Source of the DNA: Candidatus Cloacimonadota bacterium
GTDB lineage: Bacteria; Cloacimonadota; Cloacimonadia; JGIOTU-2
NCBI GenBank assembly: GCA_049903315.1
Contig: JBNGBT010000006.1
Coordinates: 1 to 64,000 of the forward strand
DNA length: 64,000 nt
Reading direction: 5' to 3'
Shown here: in pieces, positions 1 to 9,558 of the stretch
Numbering within the stretch: position 1 is the stretch's first letter
How the letters are laid out: the number at the start of each line of letters is the position of its first letter
Notes under the pieces: generated by a model
The model's database searches: none
Told to the model about the DNA's origin: nothing
What the model saw: the letters and a program-made list of their open reading frames with translations, nothing else
Made by a program: the position numbers and the translations under genes

Positions 1-215
1 GAATATATTTCATGGTTGTAATATCCGATCAGCTTTGAACCATCAAGCTTTGGAATGATAATTCCAATATCTTCTTCAATTAGATATTGTAAGTCTGTGC
101 CATCAATATTTATTGCACAGAGCCATTGCCTGAAGTAGGGTTCCGGCTCAAAAAGACAACTGGTCATCAATATAAGGGAACTCAGTAATATGGTAATAAT
201 AAAAGGTTTTTTCAT
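1..215 (-). CDS. Partial predicted lipoprotein (runs off the left window edge)
   Basis: ATG at 215 preceded by a GGAGGG SD. Translation MKKPFIITILLSSLILMTSCLFEPEPYFRQWLCAINIDGTDLQYL... shows a signal peptide and lipobox-like LMTSC. The frame is open to the window edge. Confidence 0.65.
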   Translation of the reverse strand, partial: MKKPFIITILLSSLILMTSCLFEPEPYFRQWLCAINIDGTDLQYLIEEDIGIIIPKLDGSKLIGYYNHEIY

Positions 216-316
216 GTTACCCCTCCCGGAGATTCCATAATTCATTTTTCTTTTATCCATATTTTTCCTTTAATTTAAAAAGAAAAGTTAAGGAAATTAT
301 TGTAAAGATTTTCGTG

Positions 317-349
317 AAAAAAAGTAGTGGTTGAAGATCTTCAACCCTA
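317..349 (-). terminator. Intrinsic terminator-like hairpin after the GRE operon (also GTAG-REP-like)
   Basis: Perfect 18-bp palindrome GGTTGAAGATCTTCAACC (329-346), followed on the minus strand by a T7 tract (A7 at 317-323). GTAG precedes it on the plus strand. Confidence 0.6.
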
Positions 350-372
350 TTTATCATTTAAGAACTTAATAG

Positions 373-1305
373 CTAAAAACCCTCTATTATACAATTAATA
401 CCCTCATGCTCGATACGATGTTGGATATCCTGAACCTCGGTATCTGATATTTTTATGTTATCATCAATCAAATACTTCCTTCCTAACTCAGCATATTTTC
501 CTTTGCCAAGTGTATGGTAAGGAAGCAGGCGAACAGTACTTATTCCTAACTTTTTACATAACTTAATAACTGATGATATATTTTCTTCCGTTGCTGTGAT
601 CTCAGGAATGAGAGGTATCGAAACAATAATTTTTTTAGGATCGACTGTCCGCGTAAGATTTTCAAGATTTTGTATGATGATACGATTGCTTTGTCCCGTG
701 TACTTTTTGCTTAGCTCATCATCCAGACACTTGAGGTCAAAGTAGATGAAATCGAAATCTGAAATAAAATCTTTCACGGAATCCCATTTGAAAAAACCAC
801 ACGTTTCAAGCCCAACCGTGAATCCTCGTTCTGTACATTTATTCACGAATGCTCGAACAAACTCCGGCTGAAGCAGCGGCTCGCCACCGGACAACGTGAT
901 CCCACCTCCCGAGTTCGAGAAGTACTGTGCATTAACAGTAACTTTTTCAAAGAGGTCACCAACGTTCCATATTTTTCCCGCAATTCTTATTGCACCATAA
1001 TTGCATGCAGGGACGCAGGGCTTTTCTTTGCAGATCAGGCAGAAATCTCTATTGAAAATTAGATTGTTATTGTCATCGAAGTTTACTGCACTGTAAGGAC
1101 ATGTTTCGATACAAGTTCCGCATTTTTTGCATAACTCTATACTATGGAGGATTTCAGGAAAAGTGTTTTGACTTTCCGGATTAGAACACCAGCCGCATGT
1201 AAGTGCACAGCCCTTGAAGAATATGACTGTCCGTATTCCCGGTCCATCTTGTGTGGCAAAATCTTCTATATCGAAGATGAATGCAGAAGGATTTTTATCG
1301 GGCAT
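373..1305 (-). CDS. Glycyl-radical enzyme activating enzyme (radical SAM, with ferredoxin-like insert)
   Basis: DGPGIRTVIFFKGCALTCGWCSNPES (CxxxCxxC), auxiliary CKKCGTCIETC and CLICKEKPCVPAC motifs, GGGITLSGGEPLLQ and LLPYH. Directly downstream of the GRE. Confidence 0.95.
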   Translation of the reverse strand: MPDKNPSAFIFDIEDFATQDGPGIRTVIFFKGCALTCGWCSNPESQNTFPEILHSIELCKKCGTCIETCPYSAVNFDDNNNLIFNRDFCLICKEKPCVPACNYGAIRIAGKIWNVGDLFEKVTVNAQYFSNSGGGITLSGGEPLLQPEFVRAFVNKCTERGFTVGLETCGFFKWDSVKDFISDFDFIYFDLKCLDDELSKKYTGQSNRIIIQNLENLTRTVDPKKIIVSIPLIPEITATEENISSVIKLCKKLGISTVRLLPYHTLGKGKYAELGRKYLIDDNIKISDTEVQDIQHRIEHEGINCIIEGF

Positions 1306-1306
1306 G

Positions 1307-3799
1307 CTATAGTTTTTGTTCTGTCCTGGCGATGATCTCGTTCTGGATGCTTTTTCCGAGTTCTACAAAGAATGCGCTGAAGCCTGCGACGCGAACTATC
1401 AAATCGCGGTATTGATCGGGATTTTCCTGGGCATCCTTGAGCATTGTGCTGTCTACAACGTTGAACTGAAGCTGGAATCCGAGAGTGTCAAAATATGTCT
1501 TTATGAGAGCAAGCAGTTTTCTCGAGCCCTGCACACCTTTCAGGGTAGAAGGCAAGAATTTCATGTTGTGAAGACCGCCGCGTATCTTTGTGTGATCGAT
1601 CTTACCCGCAGAGTGAAGAACCGCGAGCGGACCGTTTTTATCAGTTCCATAAAAAGGTGAGGTGACGCCGTCTGCAAGGGTTTCTCCTGCATATCTTCCG
1701 TCAGGAGTTGCGCCGCATACCCTTCCAAATGGAGCATGTGTGCTGATCGCAAGCATGGAGGGGTCGTAGGGTTCGCCAAGGTAATTTAACTGTTCGGAAA
1801 CATAATCGCAATAGGTGTTGAACAGTTCTTCATAAATAACGTCGACATAATCAGCATTATTGCCCCACTTGGGTGCATCAATTGCTTCTTTATGAAGATT
1901 TTCATTATCTTTCCAATTCTCTGCCAGAAGTGCTCGAAGTTCATCCATTGTAAGCTTCTTATCATCTCTTACAAGTTTTTTTACGACCGATAGACTGTTT
2001 GCCACATTCACCATTCCCGAGCTGAGAGTCGTCGGGCTTCCATTTACAATTGCACCTTTATCATCGAGGGATTTTCCCCTGCTCAGGCAGTCCCGCACAA
2101 GCATTGATGAATATATCAGATTGCAGGTATCGCGATGTGCTGCCATGACATAGTTCCAGTAGCGTTGCCAGTTTTTAATGGAATTTCTCAGATGAAATTT
2201 ATACGATTGAACTAACTCTTCATAGGTTTGGGGAATAGGAAATTTTTCTATTAGTTCGCCTGTGTTTGGATCGAGCCCGCCATTCAAAGCGAGTTCGAGC
2301 ACTTTTGCATGGTTTATGAAACCTGCCTGCACCACACCGTAACTCATTCCTTCCATTGTCGGTTCTGTGCAGCCGCCCATTGCTGCATATTTGCGGATGA
2401 GAGAGAGTGGAAGTTTGCTTTTTTGTAGCTCATGCTGGATATAAATTTTCAGGTTGAAAAACGCAGGGAATCCTACACCGGTTTTTACGCATTCGATAGC
2501 TTTGAGCAAAAATTCATCGGAGAGAGAATTATCATACCAGATAGAAAGAGTGGGCTGTGTGGTCTGGCAATTTATTGCGGACTGAAGAACTAACAGAGAA
2601 AGTTCGTTATCACCCCTGTAGCCATTTTCGTCCAATCCACCAAGTATCATATTCTGGTAGAGATTTCCAGATCCGAGTCCTTCCCACGAAAAGGAAGCCA
2701 TATATTCAATTTCTGTCATCTTGACGCGCAAAGCTTCGAGAAGTTCGAGTACTTCTTCATCTGTGATAATGCCTTTATCTTTATCCCGCTTATAATAAGG
2801 ATACATATATCTATCAAACCGCCCGGGCGAGTAGCCGAGATGTGCACCTTCGATATGTCCGGCAAGATAGATCAGCCAGTATGCCTGCATTGCTTCTTTA
2901 AAAGTACGGGGACTATGTGCTGGTACGTATTCACACATATCTGCTATTTCGAGTAACTCTTTTTTCCTCTGTTCATTCTTCTCGGATTTTGCAAGACGGC
3001 GTGCTTCTTTTGCATAGTTATGAGCCCAAGTAACTGTTCCTTTAAGTGCTCTAATACCTGCGCGCCAGAAATATGCTTTTTGAGCAGATTCATAATCTGT
3101 GATCTCGATCTCCTTAAGGAGTTTTCTTGCCTTTTTGATAATAGCGTTAAATCCTTCAGCAAGTGCCGTCTCAAAATCAAGCACATACCGACCTTCGGGT
3201 GCGGGATCGTGAGGTGCTGTATAAAGCCCGATCTTCCATCCGTCTTCTATATATTGTGCTTTTTCAAAATCAGGTTTCCAGAAATTGTCTGCGACATCCT
3301 GCATACATTTTCCTGACCAGTATTCAGCGATCTCACGAAGTGTTACCTTATCCTCATGCGAGATGATGAATTTTTTTCCGAAAACTTCATGCATGCCTTC
3401 AGAAGCAACCTTCTGAGATTTTTCAATACCACCACCGGTTCCGATTTCAGTAAACTTTGCCTGGGCTTCCTGCTCCTCTTTGTTCAAGGTTCTGAGTATA
3501 TAATTTGTGGCATAGTTAGCATAAGGAATGGCACCGCGAACAAAGCGTGTTTTATTACCTGCAAAGAGTTCACCATCACGAATAATAGGAGTGAGGTTCT
3601 CCATAGCATATGCATGACAGTGCGCTCGTCTTTCGATTGAATTCATTCCGTCAGAATCTTTATGTGCCTGTGTATAAAACTTCATATATTCGACATCAAC
3701 TGACATCGGTTCAGAAAGGTAGCGGTCTCGCATTATTTTAATATTGCCAGTTGAGGGAGTTCCTTTTGTCTCTCTCGTATCGTATGAGCATGAACTCAT
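1307..3799 (-). CDS. Glycyl-radical enzyme (PFL-like family), decarboxylase-like clade, substrate unknown
   Basis: 830 aa. Gly loop LIVRVAGFSAFF, Cys loop MGGCTEP, plus GATPDGRYAGETLADG and SPGRFDRYMYPYY. Paired with an activase. Confidence 0.93.
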   Translation of the reverse strand: MSSCSYDTRETKGTPSTGNIKIMRDRYLSEPMSVDVEYMKFYTQAHKDSDGMNSIERRAHCHAYAMENLTPIIRDGELFAGNKTRFVRGAIPYANYATNYILRTLNKEEQEAQAKFTEIGTGGGIEKSQKVASEGMHEVFGKKFIISHEDKVTLREIAEYWSGKCMQDVADNFWKPDFEKAQYIEDGWKIGLYTAPHDPAPEGRYVLDFETALAEGFNAIIKKARKLLKEIEITDYESAQKAYFWRAGIRALKGTVTWAHNYAKEARRLAKSEKNEQRKKELLEIADMCEYVPAHSPRTFKEAMQAYWLIYLAGHIEGAHLGYSPGRFDRYMYPYYKRDKDKGIITDEEVLELLEALRVKMTEIEYMASFSWEGLGSGNLYQNMILGGLDENGYRGDNELSLLVLQSAINCQTTQPTLSIWYDNSLSDEFLLKAIECVKTGVGFPAFFNLKIYIQHELQKSKLPLSLIRKYAAMGGCTEPTMEGMSYGVVQAGFINHAKVLELALNGGLDPNTGELIEKFPIPQTYEELVQSYKFHLRNSIKNWQRYWNYVMAAHRDTCNLIYSSMLVRDCLSRGKSLDDKGAIVNGSPTTLSSGMVNVANSLSVVKKLVRDDKKLTMDELRALLAENWKDNENLHKEAIDAPKWGNNADYVDVIYEELFNTYCDYVSEQLNYLGEPYDPSMLAISTHAPFGRVCGATPDGRYAGETLADGVTSPFYGTDKNGPLAVLHSAGKIDHTKIRGGLHNMKFLPSTLKGVQGSRKLLALIKTYFDTLGFQLQFNVVDSTMLKDAQENPDQYRDLIVRVAGFSAFFVELGKSIQNEIIARTEQKL

Positions 3800-3869
3800 G
3801 TGTGACTCCTCTATTTCATTTACTTCGATGATGGGTCTAAAAAAAAATCGTGGAAAAACATGTAAATAA

Positions 3870-6422
3870 TTATATATTGAATGTGATAATAAATTTCGTT
3901 CCTTTGCGTTTATCTAGTTTGATGGTTCCTTCGATCTGATTAACCAGACTTGTCACAAGCTGGAGACCGAGAGTCTGAGTTTTACGAAAGTCTATGTCTT
4001 CAGGAAAAGGAATTCCATCGTTTGAAACGATGAATTCGACTTTATTGTCATCAAGGGAGTGCATTTTCACAGATATCGTTCCGGCTTCTTTACCATTTAA
4101 GCCATGTTTAAAAGCATTGGTTATGAGTTCGTTTATGATAAGACCGCATGGAATGGCTTTCGCAATATCGAGCGCAACTTCTTGTATGTCAAGATCAAAG
4201 GTAATCTGTCCTGTTTTGTGTTCAAACCCGCCACGGAGTTGCCTAATCAAGGAGGTTAAATAAGTAGAGAAATCTATATGCGCCAGATTTTCAGAATTAT
4301 AGAGTAGTTTATGGACAAGGGCTATTGACTGAATCCTGTTTTGAGCTTCTTCAAAGATGTCTTGTACTTTTTTGTCTTCGATATTTTGCTGTTGTATTGC
4401 AAGAAGGCTTGAAACAAGCGCAAAATTATTTTTTACTCTGTGATTAATTTCCTTAATAAGAAGTTCTTTTTGCTCTATTTCTTTCTTAAGAAGTTCCTCT
4501 GCTCGCACCTGTCTGGTGATATCTCGGGAAGTGATGATTGCTCCCTCAGGAAACGGTGCGATCGTAATATGAAGATGTTTTTCTGATTTCTCGCCTTTAC
4601 GGTACACCATGTCCGGGAAAACTTTTCTTTCGTTGTTCTTGATGCAGCTTATAAGCGTATTATACATTTCAATGTTATGCTTTGCTGCAAAATCTTCGTA
4701 CATCACATCACCAATAGCGGGAACCCTGCTGCGATTTTCTTCAATAGAATTATTATAACGTACTATTTTACCATCCTTATCTACAACGATTGTCTCTACC
4801 GGATTGTATTCAAAAAGAGCATTGCTGAATGCTTCATTATTTTTAAGTTGTCTTTCAGCTTCTTTGCGTTCACTCACATTAATAAGAACGCCCTGCCATA
4901 ATGTATTTCCATTCTCAAGTTTCATTCCTCTGCAGATTGAGCGGATCCAGATGATGTTCCCTTCTGTTGACTTCATTCTATATTCATAGCTCAGGGGCTC
5001 GTTATTATTCAGGGCTTTTTCAGCAGCTACTTGTAAGCCTTCATAATCATCAGGATGAACATAGTCAAAAAAGGTGGTGGCATCATAATTGATATTTTTT
5101 GCAAATTTTTCTCCTACCATTTCCCGAAAACCGGGACCAAGATAGTGCATGATACGGTTCCTGCCATCTTTACACATTTCATAAATATATACAGTTCCAG
5201 GGATGTTTTCTGCAAGAGTACGGAATTTTCTTTCGCTTTCTTTTAGTTTTTCTTCTTTAGCCTTTTCACTTGTGATGTCATGTGAAATACCAACGAGTGC
5301 GATCGGTTTCTTGTTACGGTCGTGCATAACCCATGTATGAGTATCAAAGTAGACCTTCTCACCTTCGGAAGTAAAATTCACAGCAAGCCCGTGCCAATGT
5401 CCTTTGTTTAGAGTATTTTCAATTATCTCATTTTGAAGGGCAACTTCTTTATCTTCACCAAGTATTGTAATATTTTTTCCGATTAGTTGCTCTTTATTAT
5501 AATGCAAAATATTTAATACAGCATTATTCACATACGTAATATCTCCATTGAGATCAGTTATTAATACACTATCATGTAGATTGCGAAGTACGTAACTATG
5601 CAACAAGAGTTCTTCTTCATGTTTTTTACTCTTGGAGATATCTCTCACAATCGTAATAACAAATTTTTTATCCTTTTGGATCATTAAATGAGTGCTTACC
5701 TCAACCGGTATGATCCTGCCGTCTTTCGTTATATGCTCGGATTCAAAAGTTAAGTGTTGTTTTTCATTAAGCTCATCCAGGATTTGTTTTATTTTTACAT
5801 GAAAATCTTTATTGATGAAATCGAGAGGATTCTTCTTTAGAAGTTCGTCCTTCGAATAGCCAAGATGCTTAACTGCTGCATCATTAACCTCAACTATAGC
5901 TCCCGGAATTCCATCCTCAGATAGTTCATATACGAAAATGGCATTACCGAAGCCTTTAAATATTGTCTGATATTTCGTTTCACTTTCCTGAAGTGCGGAT
6001 TCGACGATTTCACGATCTTGCTTACCACGGGATATCAATTCTTTTAGTAAAGTGGGTTCAGATATTTCCTTCAGAATTGCAAACAGTTTTTCCTTATCAA
6101 GTGGCTTTTTTAAGAACCCCTTTACGCCAACATCGATCGCTTCGAGCAGATAATCCGGTTGAGGATACGCAGAGAGCAGATAGATATGAATGTCAGGATT
6201 GTGCAGCTTGATCTTACGAGCCAGTTGAAGCCCGTTCATTCTTGGCATATTTATGTCTGTAATGACGACATCTGGAGAGAACTTCTTAAAGAGCTCAAAT
6301 CCCTCTTCTCCGTCAATGGCAGAAAGAACGTTTTCTACCCTGCGTTTTAGCATTTCTGTCACAGAAAAAAGTACGACAGTCTCATCTTCAACGTATAAAA
6401 CAGTTATAGGTAGTTTTTCCAT
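3870..6422 (-). CDS. Cytoplasmic hybrid sensor kinase (REC - about 4 PAS - HisKA_2 - HATPase)
   Basis: N-terminal receiver (VLYVEDE, VITDINMPRMNG, KP), PAS/PAC repeats, H-box KEINHRVKNN, N-box NELITNAFKH, G-boxes DGIP and TLGLQLV. No TM segments. Confidence 0.9.
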   Translation of the reverse strand: MEKLPITVLYVEDETVVLFSVTEMLKRRVENVLSAIDGEEGFELFKKFSPDVVITDINMPRMNGLQLARKIKLHNPDIHIYLLSAYPQPDYLLEAIDVGVKGFLKKPLDKEKLFAILKEISEPTLLKELISRGKQDREIVESALQESETKYQTIFKGFGNAIFVYELSEDGIPGAIVEVNDAAVKHLGYSKDELLKKNPLDFINKDFHVKIKQILDELNEKQHLTFESEHITKDGRIIPVEVSTHLMIQKDKKFVITIVRDISKSKKHEEELLLHSYVLRNLHDSVLITDLNGDITYVNNAVLNILHYNKEQLIGKNITILGEDKEVALQNEIIENTLNKGHWHGLAVNFTSEGEKVYFDTHTWVMHDRNKKPIALVGISHDITSEKAKEEKLKESERKFRTLAENIPGTVYIYEMCKDGRNRIMHYLGPGFREMVGEKFAKNINYDATTFFDYVHPDDYEGLQVAAEKALNNNEPLSYEYRMKSTEGNIIWIRSICRGMKLENGNTLWQGVLINVSERKEAERQLKNNEAFSNALFEYNPVETIVVDKDGKIVRYNNSIEENRSRVPAIGDVMYEDFAAKHNIEMYNTLISCIKNNERKVFPDMVYRKGEKSEKHLHITIAPFPEGAIITSRDITRQVRAEELLKKEIEQKELLIKEINHRVKNNFALVSSLLAIQQQNIEDKKVQDIFEEAQNRIQSIALVHKLLYNSENLAHIDFSTYLTSLIRQLRGGFEHKTGQITFDLDIQEVALDIAKAIPCGLIINELITNAFKHGLNGKEAGTISVKMHSLDDNKVEFIVSNDGIPFPEDIDFRKTQTLGLQLVTSLVNQIEGTIKLDKRKGTKFIITFNI

Positions 6423-6529
6423 TTTTTATCCTCTGCAATTAACTTTCAACAAGATGCCCAAACATAAGTATTAAACCCATGAAAGCCCTTGAGCTTGTCA
6501 ATATATTGTTTGCATACAGATGAATAATT

Positions 6530-7966
6530 TTATGTAGCAATTTGCGGTACTTTCCAGTTTCCTCGTTTATAGATCATATATGCGATTATACTGCAAATCG
6601 TATTACTCACGACCATTGACCACCAGAGTGACTCATAAGGATATGTTGAAAGCGGGAGTGACAAACGGTACAAAATTGGGTAGAGAAAACTGCCTTTAAG
6701 GAATGCAATATTCAGAACGGTGCCAGAGAGAATGTATACAAGTGGAATTCTGATAAACCAGAGTCGTCCAATATTAAGCAGCATGACCGGTTTTGTGTGA
6801 CCCGCTCCATTAAAAGCACCGATAAATACGAATAATATTCCAAAAATAAACGAAGCAATTGGTGTCACCTTGAACATTCTTCTTCCCACTTCAATAACCT
6901 CGGGATCATTAATGAAGAATTGTGTGATTGAACCACCGAATAAATACACGAGCAAGCTTCCGATGAACATGATCGTACAGACGAGTAGAAAAGCAACAGT
7001 AACACTATTCTCAGCCCTCTTGATCTTTTGAGCACCAATATTTTGTCCGATTATAGAAGCAAGCCCATTACTGATTCCCATTGCGGGCATCATAAAGAAA
7101 CTGATGATGCGATTATTAATTGCATACGCAGACATTACGATAGTACCGAATGAGTTGACAAATCCCTGAAGTATGATAAATCCAAAACTGGTCATGGACT
7201 GCGCAAGAGAGGCTGGAATGCTGATTCGTAGTATTCTCATCAGCATCTCTTTTGCAGGTTTGATCTCAGGTAATTTTGGTATAATGTAGGGGGTTTTTCT
7301 AAAGAGAAATATAACTGCTATAATAGCAGCAACACCTCTAGAAATGAGCGTTGCCCATGCTGCGCCGACTGTTTCCATTCGCGGAAAAAATCCGATGCCG
7401 AATATCATGAGAGGGTCGAGTACTAAGTTCAAACTCACAGAGATGATCTGAATTTTCATCGGAGAGATCGTGTCACCTAAACCATGGGAAAAGCTCTGGT
7501 ATGAGAGGAAAATAAACATGAATATCATACCCATAAGTATGATGGTTATAAACTGCTTTGCCAGAGCGAATATCTCTTCAGGTGTTTGAAGAAGATGAAG
7601 AATATCATTAATGAAAAGCAATCCAACTACAATAAAGAAAATTGAAAAAATCCCGATGATCAGCACAAATTGCCCGACGACCTCTTTCATCTTTTCCATT
7701 TTATTGGCACCCTTGTACTGAGCAATCAGAGAGGTGCCGGCTATGACAAAACCAAAACCGAACGAAGAAAGAAAGAAGATAAGCGGGAAGGCAAGTCCGG
7801 CAACAGAAACCGCATGACGGGCATGCTCACCCAATTTTCCAAGCCAGAAAGCATCTGTCAGATTGTAGAACATTTGTAGAAAGTTGGAAAACATGATTGG
7901 CAGAGAGAGTTTTACCAGGTTCTTAATGAGGTTTCCGCGTGTAAGATCTATTCCGGTAAATGCCAT
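6530..7966 (-). CDS. MATE family efflux transporter
   Basis: DLTRGNLIKNLVKLSLPIMFSNFLQMFYNLTDAFWLG, GDTISPM, NLVLDPLMIFG and GQNIGAQ motifs; about 12 hydrophobic helices. Confidence 0.93.
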   Translation of the reverse strand: MAFTGIDLTRGNLIKNLVKLSLPIMFSNFLQMFYNLTDAFWLGKLGEHARHAVSVAGLAFPLIFFLSSFGFGFVIAGTSLIAQYKGANKMEKMKEVVGQFVLIIGIFSIFFIVVGLLFINDILHLLQTPEEIFALAKQFITIILMGMIFMFIFLSYQSFSHGLGDTISPMKIQIISVSLNLVLDPLMIFGIGFFPRMETVGAAWATLISRGVAAIIAVIFLFRKTPYIIPKLPEIKPAKEMLMRILRISIPASLAQSMTSFGFIILQGFVNSFGTIVMSAYAINNRIISFFMMPAMGISNGLASIIGQNIGAQKIKRAENSVTVAFLLVCTIMFIGSLLVYLFGGSITQFFINDPEVIEVGRRMFKVTPIASFIFGILFVFIGAFNGAGHTKPVMLLNIGRLWFIRIPLVYILSGTVLNIAFLKGSFLYPILYRLSLPLSTYPYESLWWSMVVSNTICSIIAYMIYKRGNWKVPQIAT

Positions 7967-8037
7967 AAATTATAAATGTTTCTACTTCATCGAAGTATTA
8001 ATTTTTGAAATAAAATGGTCATTAAACGAGGTGGGTG

Positions 8038-9243
8038 CTACAAATTCTTTACGACAAGATCATAAACGATATCAACAGAAATTGCTTTCACACATTGATT
8101 GTCTTTGCAGGTTGTTTTTCTGTGATTGAATGCACTTACGCACGGGCTGCAGCCGAAATCAGCATATAGCGCATGACAATTCTCGCCGAGAGGTCCGTAT
8201 AATTTTGGTGTTTCAGGTCCAAAGAAGACAATATTTGTTATGGGCGTCAAACTCGCAAAATGAGCAGGTCCGGAATCATTGGTAACAAGTACATCGGAGA
8301 TATTGAAAAGGTCGATGATTTCCATTAATGTCGTTTTATTGGTCAGGTCAACTATCCTGTCCGGAGCTTCCTTTTTGATGATCTTAGCATCCTTGCCAGC
8401 TTCATTTACTCCCATAATAACGATGAATGTATTCTCCAATTTGGATAAGCGTTTTACAAGTTCACAATATTTCTCAAGAGGCCATGCACGGATGGGAAGT
8501 ATGCCTGCATTCGGGTTAAAAATGATCAGTTTCGAGTTCTCATTTAGTTCGGAATTTTCCGCTTTCAGTTTCAAGAAAATATTCCTCTTTGCTTCATCGA
8601 ATGACGCAATATACGGCACATGTGGAATGTCTTCAACATGCTTTTTCAGCTTTGGATATTCCTCGGGTGGCGCAGTCAGCGAATACAGAAGATTATAAAA
8701 ATTATACGAAATATGCTGATGTGGATTGTAGGTTACTTTATGTGTGAGGAAGTTACCGCGATAGAGACCTTCCATATGAAATTTATAATAGCCAACCCGG
8801 TTATGTGCGCCGGATAAATATGAGATAATGCTTGTGGCACGGGAAAAAAGTTCCATGTCAATATACGTATCGATCGGGATTTTGTGGAATGTTCTCAGCA
8901 CTGAAAGAGTAGAAGATATGAATTTTGAGAAATTCGAGCAATCTATCGTAAGAACATTTTCTTCCGGAATAGCCTTTGTGATATAAACACTTTCTTTGTT
9001 CTCTTCAAAAATAAGGAAGTAATTAGTCGAGTCCGGGAAGAGTTCCTTTGTTTTTTGCAAAACAGAATATGCAAGTATTGCAGAGCCCATTTCAGAAAGC
9101 TCAACAAATAAGATATTTTTGGGGTGAACCGGCTTTCTCAATGACGGCTTGAATAGAATGCGGATTTTATAGAGAATAGTCAAGACCGCACACATCGGAA
9201 TTCCAAGCCACTTATCTATCTTTCGAATATGCTCGACATCCAT
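8038..9243 (-). CDS. Glycosyltransferase family 9 (ADP-heptose:LPS heptosyltransferase-like)
   Basis: RAWPLEKY, DLTNKTTL, VTNDSGPAHFA, FFGPETP and CSPC motifs. Confidence 0.85.
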   Translation of the reverse strand: MDVEHIRKIDKWLGIPMCAVLTILYKIRILFKPSLRKPVHPKNILFVELSEMGSAILAYSVLQKTKELFPDSTNYFLIFEENKESVYITKAIPEENVLTIDCSNFSKFISSTLSVLRTFHKIPIDTYIDMELFSRATSIISYLSGAHNRVGYYKFHMEGLYRGNFLTHKVTYNPHQHISYNFYNLLYSLTAPPEEYPKLKKHVEDIPHVPYIASFDEAKRNIFLKLKAENSELNENSKLIIFNPNAGILPIRAWPLEKYCELVKRLSKLENTFIVIMGVNEAGKDAKIIKKEAPDRIVDLTNKTTLMEIIDLFNISDVLVTNDSGPAHFASLTPITNIVFFGPETPKLYGPLGENCHALYADFGCSPCVSAFNHRKTTCKDNQCVKAISVDIVYDLVVKNL

Positions 9244-9422
9244 TATTCTGATCCTTGTTCATTGCTTCGCCCACTTTCTGAACAGACATGTATTTGGTCA
9301 AATTTATTTACAAAGATATTGAGCGTATGTTTTTTATCAAAATTAGTGAGTTCAGTTAATTTTAATTTACTATAAAGAGGTTATGAACATAAAAAGGTTA
9401 GAAAAATTCTCAAATATTGGAA

Positions 9423-9519
9423 AACCGATGAATCGGTTGAGAGGTGCTATTTTCTTGTTAACCACCAACTTAAGTTGGTGGTTAATGATCCCACCCCCCA
9501 AAGAACCGTTTTAACGGTT
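9423..9519. repeat. Triple-hairpin REP/MITE-like palindromic element
   Basis: AACCGAT-ga-ATCGGTT (9423-9438), perfect 28-bp palindrome TTAACCACCAACTTAAGTTGGTGGTTAA (9458-9485) and AACCGTT-tt-AACGGTT (9504-9519), between divergent genes. Confidence 0.7.
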
Positions 9520-9558
9520 TCGTGTTTTATTAAATATGATTTTTTTTAGAAGTTTAGC

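Noticed and set aside
1307..3799. Calling the GRE pflB, cutC or hpdB
   Set aside because: It lacks the PFL Cys-Cys pair, its Cys loop differs from those I recall for CutC (GCVEP) and HpdB (GCLE), and no hpdC or cut/BMC genes are adjacent.
9383..9514. 43-codon ORF through the palindromic element
   Set aside because: The SD-like GAGG is only 2 nt from the ATG and the sequence is explained by the hairpins.
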